Origin: a virus
Taxonomy: Duplodnaviria; Caudoviricetes
Length of the DNA: 30,620 nt
Direction: 5' to 3' (one strand)
IMG/VR virus record: IMGVR_UViG_3300002307_000164
Coordinates: 1-30,620 of that record
The notes under the pieces are model-generated. The model saw only the letters and a list, made by a program, of their open reading frames with translations, was not told the DNA's origin and did no database searches. The number at the start of each line of letters is the position of its first letter. The stretch's first letter is position 1. This document shows positions 24,949 to 30,620 of the stretch, piece by piece. A program made the position numbers and the translations under genes.

Positions 24949-26022
24949 CTAGTTCGACCAACCTGCCGTAATAAATTCCGGTAGGATTATCTGGCTTCCA
25001 CCAAGCAAGAACTGCTGGTAGTACCATGAACGGTTCAAACGCCTCCACCATATAACCAATGATTCCCTGTCCTGTGCTCCTTCCGCTCCGGATTCAAGAC
25101 CCGCAGGGCCTTCTCCGTAAGTCTTGTCGGTAGCAAAGATAAAGTTACGACGAACTGTCATCAATACTGCGTGGTGGAAACCTGCGCCAAGTATGTCGCT
25201 AAGAACCGGCTCCCATAATGGAACAACAACTATTGGTGTTCCTTGGTAAGCTGGCATTTTGCGGCCTTCACCCAACCATGTAACAATTACTTCGGTACTT
25301 GTACCAAGTGTGTTCATGTAGTTGCTAAAGCCATCCAAAGTTGCCTGGTCGCAATAGATAACCTTGCTTGCTGCTGGCCATGCCCTCATCAAAACAGGCT
25401 GCGCTCTCCATGCTGCGTCAATTGCATTGAACGCATCTTCATAGTGCGCAGGGTCACGGTAGTCTGTAGCCGCCGGAGTATATATTTGTGCGCTTGGAAT
25501 AAGGTTTCCGGCATACGTAGCAATCCATTTCCATATACCATTGAACACGGTAGAAGAAAATTGCAAAGAAGCTGTGTTGATACGACTTGTATCACCAAAC
25601 CACAAGTTTGTAGCAAGGTCGGTGCGGGTAGCCGCCAAGAAGAAAGGCGTGATTTTGTTTTCGAAAACTTCTGGGTTATCACGGAAATCACGCAATGCAC
25701 CCTGGTAGAATTCGTGACGGCAATGCTGCGTAGCACCGTACATCTGGTCTGTTTCAACATACCTTAAAGCGGTTGTACCGATACGCTTGTAGATAAGTTC
25801 GCAGTTCTTATCTTCACGCTGAAGTATGTTAAACTTCGGTGTAATATCAATAATTGGCCTACGATTAGGGCAATTATCCATTATCGTAAAGTCGGCAATT
25901 GCGCCATCATAAACACCATCACCTTCTCCAACAAGTGAAGTAAATGAAGGATGTACTATAATGTCGTACATGCTTAACGGGTCGATAATCGCTGTCTTAT
26001 TATTAATTGCTTCTGAAGCCAT
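24949..26022 (-). CDS. major capsid protein
   Basis: About 357 aa from ATG 26022; 'DLATNLWFGDT', 'FNGIWKWI', 'YQGTPIVVVPLW'. Follows the protease and decoration genes, has an A-rich leader, and is followed by a hairpin. Confidence 0.8.
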   Translation of the reverse strand: MASEAINNKTAIIDPLSMYDIIVHPSFTSLVGEGDGVYDGAIADFTIMDNCPNRRPIIDITPKFNILQREDKNCELIYKRIGTTALRYVETDQMYGATQHCRHEFYQGALRDFRDNPEVFENKITPFFLAATRTDLATNLWFGDTSRINTASLQFSSTVFNGIWKWIATYAGNLIPSAQIYTPAATDYRDPAHYEDAFNAIDAAWRAQPVLMRAWPAASKVIYCDQATLDGFSNYMNTLGTSTEVIVTWLGEGRKMPAYQGTPIVVVPLWEPVLSDILGAGFHHAVLMTVRRNFIFATDKTYGEGPAGLESGAEGAQDRESLVIWWRRLNRSWYYQQFLLGGSQIILPEFITAGWSN

Positions 26023-26072
26023 GACCAAAGTTTTTATTTGTTTTTTTTTAAATGTTGTGTCTTTTTTTTTTA

Positions 26073-26504
26073 CTATTCAGGATTATTATTAGGATTTGTA
26101 TTGGTAGTGAAATCCTGAATCCAATACCCTATTGCGCCGGAAGCATTTGAAGCATTTACGAAGTTAACTTCGCCATCACTTTGAACTCCAAGCGTGGAAA
26201 CATCTGTTACCTTTATAGTAAGAGGGCCTGCAAGCGCAAGACCGCTTACGTCCAACGCTCCGGTATTTCCGTGATAAGTTGGCAAATGACCATAAACTGT
26301 ACCGCCCTGGTTATCAACAATTTCTACATTGGTTGATTTCCATGAATCCGGTGCAGTGTATGTTCCAGCTCCGGTTACGGTTACGGTTTTTGCACCCGAA
26401 TCATAAGCCCATGTAACGGAAGGTACAACCAAGGCAATATTAACTGGTGGAATACCAATTCCTGCTGTCGGGCTAATCAAGTTTGCATTGTCAATGGCTA
26501 TCAT
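26073..26504 (-). CDS. putative capsid decoration protein
   Basis: 143 aa, beta-rich, between the protease and major capsid genes. Confidence 0.5.
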   Translation of the reverse strand: MIAIDNANLISPTAGIGIPPVNIALVVPSVTWAYDSGAKTVTVTGAGTYTAPDSWKSTNVEIVDNQGGTVYGHLPTYHGNTGALDVSGLALAGPLTIKVTDVSTLGVQSDGEVNFVNASNASGAIGYWIQDFTTNTNPNNNPE

Positions 26505-26553
26505 AAAATATAGTTTTTAAAGTTTAAGTTTGTTTGTGTTGTTGTATTTAAGA

Positions 26554-27759
26554 TTAGTCTGTACCACCTGAAGAAAACTTCATCCTTCCGGCGAAAGTTT
26601 TAACATTTTTACCGCCTACTCCTGTTTCTCCTTCTTCTTTATCGTCACCGATAGAGTTTGAAGGTTTACCCATCAATGTACGAACATTTGCTTTCAACGC
26701 TTTTATAGTCTTAGACTGTTCGTCAATTGTGTTTTTCTGTGCTGTATTTATTTCTTCTTGCGAAGTTATTTTTTCCTCCTGCTCTGTTTGTTTGGTTGTA
26801 AGCGCAGTGATTGATTCTTTCAAACCATTCATTAACCCTTCAAATTCGTTACGTATTTCCGTTACCTTGTTAGTAACCGAATCCGTAACCAATGTCTTTT
26901 CGGCTTCTATACTCGAGTTTATCGAGTTTAAAATACCTTCAAGTGGTTTTTCAAGAACCGCAAAAATGTTGTTCTGAACTTCAACCGGAACCGCCGAATT
27001 TTTGATGGACAATTTGAATTCTTCCATCATATTTTTTACTTCCATAATAGCGTTATTTAAAATATTAATGTCTGTTTGTGGTACAAGGTTCTTTATGTGC
27101 GCCGGAACTTTACCGTAATTTTGTTCTGCTAAGTTTATTGAATTCGTGATAGTTACCGATTCATCATTGTAAATATCATCAACAAAACCCATTTCCTTAG
27201 CTTGCGTTCCGGTCATCCAATAATCACCGTCTTTTATAAGGTCGAAAATTTCATCCCTTGTTTTTCCTTTGCGATTGTTTTGAACGTAAACATCAAGAAC
27301 ATTTTCTGTGTAAACATCAATAACATCCGCAGCTGTCCTTAATTCATCCGCAGTTCCACTTGCCTGCCCGCTTGCTTTGTGAATAACCATAATTCCGTTA
27401 CGTGGCATTGTGATATATCCGTTTTCTCCTGCGCAACACATTACGCTTGCTATACTGGCGCAATTGTTAAGTATTTTTGATTCAACACGTTTTGCTTTAT
27501 GCGCTTTCTTGTCCTTGAAATAATTATAGATTCCAAGTCCAACTGGTGCGCTACCACCCCAAGAATCAATACACTGACGAATTATTGTAGGTTTAGTTTC
27601 ATTTACTTTGTCTATAATTTGACCAAGCATAGAATCTTCTTCACCAGTGAACCAATTTACTTCGTTTTGTATTGTGTCCATGAAATAGAACTCCAAAACG
27701 TTATCTTCACCGTCATTGGATTGTATTCTATTGCCTATATGGAATTTCTTTGGTTGCAT
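26554..27759 (-). CDS. ClpP-type head maturation protease with C-terminal coiled-coil scaffold
   Basis: IDSWGGS, CASIAS (catalytic Ser), MVIHKA (His), 'YWMTGTQAKEMGFVDDI', and a heptad-rich C-terminus. Likely start ATG 27759. Confidence 0.9.
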   Translation of the reverse strand: MQPKKFHIGNRIQSNDGEDNVLEFYFMDTIQNEVNWFTGEEDSMLGQIIDKVNETKPTIIRQCIDSWGGSAPVGLGIYNYFKDKKAHKAKRVESKILNNCASIASVMCCAGENGYITMPRNGIMVIHKASGQASGTADELRTAADVIDVYTENVLDVYVQNNRKGKTRDEIFDLIKDGDYWMTGTQAKEMGFVDDIYNDESVTITNSINLAEQNYGKVPAHIKNLVPQTDINILNNAIMEVKNMMEEFKLSIKNSAVPVEVQNNIFAVLEKPLEGILNSINSSIEAEKTLVTDSVTNKVTEIRNEFEGLMNGLKESITALTTKQTEQEEKITSQEEINTAQKNTIDEQSKTIKALKANVRTLMGKPSNSIGDDKEEGETGVGGKNVKTFAGRMKFSSGGTD

Positions 27760-27767
27760 TGTTAGCA

Positions 27768-27775
27768 CAAACTTA
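27768..27775 (-). promoter_or_regulatory. Bacteroidota-type -7 element TAAGTTTG for head operon
   Basis: Reverse complement of caaactta, 8 nt upstream of ATG 27759 and just downstream of a terminator. Confidence 0.55.
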
Positions 27776-27836
27776 CAACCATATAAACTATAAATAATCA
27801 AGAACATATAAAAAATGTACCCTATATGGATACAAT

Positions 27837-27862
27837 AAAAAAGGCGTGATAGAAATCACGCC
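27837..27862 (-). terminator. intrinsic terminator
   Basis: Perfect 8-bp stem GGCGTGAT/ATCACGCC, 4-nt loop, followed by TTTTTT on the minus strand. Confidence 0.85.
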
Positions 27863-27892
27863 ACTTGTTAACCGTACACATCAAATCTTCGT

Positions 27893-28105
27893 CTAATTAG
27901 GACATATCTTACATACAGTATTTTGAACCCTCTTCGGGGATATTCCTGTGTTGGAAGCAATTTGTCTTATTGATTGACCTTTCTTTTTACGTTTACAAAT
28001 TTCGAAGTTGTTCAAATCAAGTCCGGTAAGTTTTAAAAACTCGTCCATATCTTTTTTTGCCAATTCTAATAATTCTTCTCTTATCTTTTCTTCTTTCTCT
28101 GTCAT
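27893..28105 (-). CDS. small helix-turn-helix protein
   Basis: 'KKGQSIRQIASNTGISPKRVQN'. Confidence 0.75.
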   Translation of the reverse strand: MTEKEEKIREELLELAKKDMDEFLKLTGLDLNNFEICKRKKKGQSIRQIASNTGISPKRVQNTVCKICPN

Positions 28106-28106
28106 C

Positions 28107-30620
28107 TTACGCCTTATGTGTTTTATAGTAAAGTTTCTTATTTGCCGCAGTAGCTTTCTGTGGTTCGTAAACTATCTTTTGATTAGCCAAGTGTTTTCCC
28201 ATTTCACCTATTATACCATATAGATTTGAAATAGCTTTTTCATGAACGTCTATTTGACCACCGCCGCCGTTTCCATTTGATGAACTATATGAAGAACTAG
28301 AAAATCTTGGTGGTTTCAATTCGCTACCCATGTTTCCTAACTTAGAAAATGGTATAACTTGTGAACCTTTCTGTAAATTCATTAACGTAGGAACATTTGG
28401 TGACACGATAAGTTCATGTTCGTATTTATCACCTAACCATGCAAGACCTCCTGGATGCCTACCATCTCCAGTACCTTCACCGTAAACAGGAGCTGACTTC
28501 AACATATTTTCCTTAGCCAAGAATATAGCCGCTAGTGCTGATTCTTGTATAACAACCGAAGCAACACCACCCGTTTTAACCGCAACCGGAATTAATGATA
28601 TAGCCGCACTAGCATAATCAATCAAGGCTTGTTGTTCCGCACGTTTTTGGTCGGTTTTCATCTTTTCTTTTGAAGCCGCCAATTGCGCTATATAAAAAGC
28701 CTTGTCTTGATTTAAACGTTCATTATTGCTTTGCGTTTCGGAATCAAGAAGACGCTTATTCCAATCCATTGAACGTTTCTGAACTTCTTGTTTATACGCA
28801 TCCTGCTTTTCTAGTAATTGCATATAATCATTAGCAATCGAAGTTCCAACTTTAACCAATGCGTCTTTTAATTCTTGTGCGTCAATAATTTCTTTTTTGT
28901 TCGCTACGGCCTTATTATTTTTAGCCTTTGCTATTTGATTGTCGAGTTCTATTTGTTTTGCTTTAACAACATTCAATGCTTTTTCTGCTTCAATTATTTT
29001 ATTTTCATCACCAACTATTTTAGCTGCATCAAGATTTTTTTGCGACCTATCTACTTGGTCATTTATTCCACCTTCTTGCTCAAGTTGCGTTCTTGCTTTT
29101 ACAATATCTTCGTTTGCGGTGTTTATTATTTCATTTTTATTTATTTTTTCAATCTTTCTGTCCTTTTTACCTTGAGAACCTCTGCCGTTTAATACTTTAG
29201 TTATAGCATCAAGAGATATAGTATTAATTTGTTTTAATACTATGTCAGAAGTTTCAGCCATAAGTTTAGAAATTTTTTCAAAATAAGACATTCCTAAATT
29301 AAGTAGGTCACGATATTCCGCATCGTTTATTTGTTTTATTTTGTTTTTGCGCTCCTCTTCAATTTGTATTAATCTCTTGCTCAACTCTTTTTGTTGGTCT
29401 TCTTTTGTTTTACCATACGCAATTGTGTTAGATTCCGCTTCGGCTTGTTGTTTATCTTGTAATGCCTTTAATTCGGTTTGCTTACGTTGCGCTTCCGAAC
29501 CTTGCATTAAAGCATTAACCGAAAATCCATAATCGCTAGTTCCATATTCGGAATAGAACTTAGAATTTGAAGCTTGTTCACTTGCTTGCTTGGATAAATA
29601 TTGTGCGGAAGAAACATCAGCTTTTCTTTTATTTTCAATAAGTTTATTAAGCTTATCAATAGTTTCGTTGCTATGTGTTTTTCCAAGTATGCTATCAAAC
29701 AAAGATATTGATTTGTCATAGTCTTCACCATTACGATTTTGCGGCGCAATAGATTGAATAAAATCATCCTTGTCTTTTCTTATTTTTTTGTAAAATTCGG
29801 AATACTGGTTTTCGTTATCCTTTATTATCCTATCCGTACTTTCAAGTTGTTCTTTTTCACCAAGTAAAGTATTTTCGGATTTAACTTGCCTAAATTGTGA
29901 TTCAAGTTCTATTCTTTTTTTGTAAGAAGTTTCTTCGTTCTTACTTTTTAGTTCGGTTGAAAGATTTTGTTGCGCTTCGGTGTTTGTTTTCAACTCCTGT
30001 TCATTCTTCTTCAATTGTTCACCAACATCCAAAAGATTTTTATGGTATATTTCTAACAAGTTTGCACCTTTATCATATCCTTTATTTAATTCTTCAATAA
30101 ACTTAGTTTGTAAAGCAAAAGGTATATTAGAGCGACTTACTGCGGTTGAAAGCTTATTATACAATTCATATTGAACATTTATATTACTTTCAGGTTCGCC
30201 ATGCCTAAGCATAACTTGAGTTTCTGGTTTAGCAACAAATTCTTCTGCGTCCTTTTGACCTTTCTCTAATATACTAACATTTTCTTTAAGTATTTTATTG
30301 TGATTATCAAGAATGTGTTCTTCGGCTTGAAGTGTTCTCATTCTAGCTTCCGCCATCCTTACATCAGCTTCACCTTGTTTATTCTTTTCAATACCCAAAG
30401 CCTTTATAGCCGCTTCGTTGCGTTTTGCACCGTCAACGCCTTCGTCCATACCTTCGTATAATGTATTCTGTTGGTCACGAAGTTTAAGCATTTCATCGTT
30501 AAGTTCTTTGAATGACTTAATTAAAGCTTCGTTTGCGGCTTGAAGTTTTTCTTGCGCTTGTTCATAAGCCTCTGTTCCTGGTATTGCTGCTTTTATAGCA
30601 TCAGTTACTTTAAATATAGC
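28107..30620 (-). CDS. tail tape measure protein (partial; open at right edge)
   Basis: The frame stays open for 43 further codons from 30491 to the window end. Long Lys/Glu/Ala/Gln-rich coiled coil, with C-terminal 'YGEGT...HPGGLAWLGDKYEHELI...LQKGSQVIP' typical of TMP ends. Confidence 0.8.
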   Translation of the reverse strand, partial: AIFKVTDAIKAAIPGTEAYEQAQEKLQAANEALIKSFKELNDEMLKLRDQQNTLYEGMDEGVDGAKRNEAAIKALGIEKNKQGEADVRMAEARMRTLQAEEHILDNHNKILKENVSILEKGQKDAEEFVAKPETQVMLRHGEPESNINVQYELYNKLSTAVSRSNIPFALQTKFIEELNKGYDKGANLLEIYHKNLLDVGEQLKKNEQELKTNTEAQQNLSTELKSKNEETSYKKRIELESQFRQVKSENTLLGEKEQLESTDRIIKDNENQYSEFYKKIRKDKDDFIQSIAPQNRNGEDYDKSISLFDSILGKTHSNETIDKLNKLIENKRKADVSSAQYLSKQASEQASNSKFYSEYGTSDYGFSVNALMQGSEAQRKQTELKALQDKQQAEAESNTIAYGKTKEDQQKELSKRLIQIEEERKNKIKQINDAEYRDLLNLGMSYFEKISKLMAETSDIVLKQINTISLDAITKVLNGRGSQGKKDRKIEKINKNEIINTANEDIVKARTQLEQEGGINDQVDRSQKNLDAAKIVGDENKIIEAEKALNVVKAKQIELDNQIAKAKNNKAVANKKEIIDAQELKDALVKVGTSIANDYMQLLEKQDAYKQEVQKRSMDWNKRLLDSETQSNNERLNQDKAFYIAQLAASKEKMKTDQKRAEQQALIDYASAAISLIPVAVKTGGVASVVIQESALAAIFLAKENMLKSAPVYGEGTGDGRHPGGLAWLGDKYEHELIVSPNVPTLMNLQKGSQVIPFSKLGNMGSELKPPRFSSSSYSSSNGNGGGGQIDVHEKAISNLYGIIGEMGKHLANQKIVYEPQKATAANKKLYYKTHKA

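Noticed and set aside
26029-26072. T9 and T10 homopolymers as phase-variation tracts
   Set aside because: They are intergenic and read as an A-rich translation leader for the capsid gene, which is normal for Bacteroidota-type initiation.
950-30174. Many short ORFs antisense to or nested in long genes (e.g. 950..1255, 2988..3296, 25243..25767, 28875..29192)
   Set aside because: They are shadow frames of well-supported genes, with no motifs and no operon-like packing.
1-30620. Stop-codon reassignment (as in some crAss-like phages)
   Set aside because: Genes are full length and densely packed under the standard code, and TAA, TAG and TGA all occur as terminal stops.

Overview
This is a 30.6-kb fragment of a tailed dsDNA phage (or prophage), most likely infecting a Bacteroidota host. 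The host inference rests on TAnnTTTG promoters, A-rich leaders without Shine-Dalgarno motifs, a DUF3127-type SSB and signal peptides followed by Gln. It has three parts. (1) A leftward recombination module (SSB, RecT-like annealase, YqaJ-like exonuclease running off the left edge) and a divergent promoter region. (2) A rightward early/replication operon: HTH, GIY-YIG, beta-clamp-like protein, DEDDh exonuclease, two nucleotidyltransferases, a DNA methyltransferase, a DUF2156-like aminoacyl-tRNA-dependent transferase and an SF2 helicase. (3) A long leftward late region: tape-measure C-terminus, HTH, ClpP-type protease/scaffold, decoration protein, major capsid, tail-tube-like protein, portal, neck adaptor, a fibre cluster and a lysis cassette with a GH19 endolysin. 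Two signals stand out. First, four consecutive genes in the fibre cluster, including a 943-aa repeat-rich fibre-like protein and a SPRY-like tip protein, carry export signals (three Sec signals with Gln at +1, one Tat-like), although tailed-phage virion proteins normally assemble in the cytoplasm. Second, a DUF2156/MprF-C-like transferase is translationally coupled into a methyltransferase-to-helicase gene chain near two nucleotidyltransferases, which suggests an uncharacterised modification system. All family calls are from motif recognition by eye; no searches were run.
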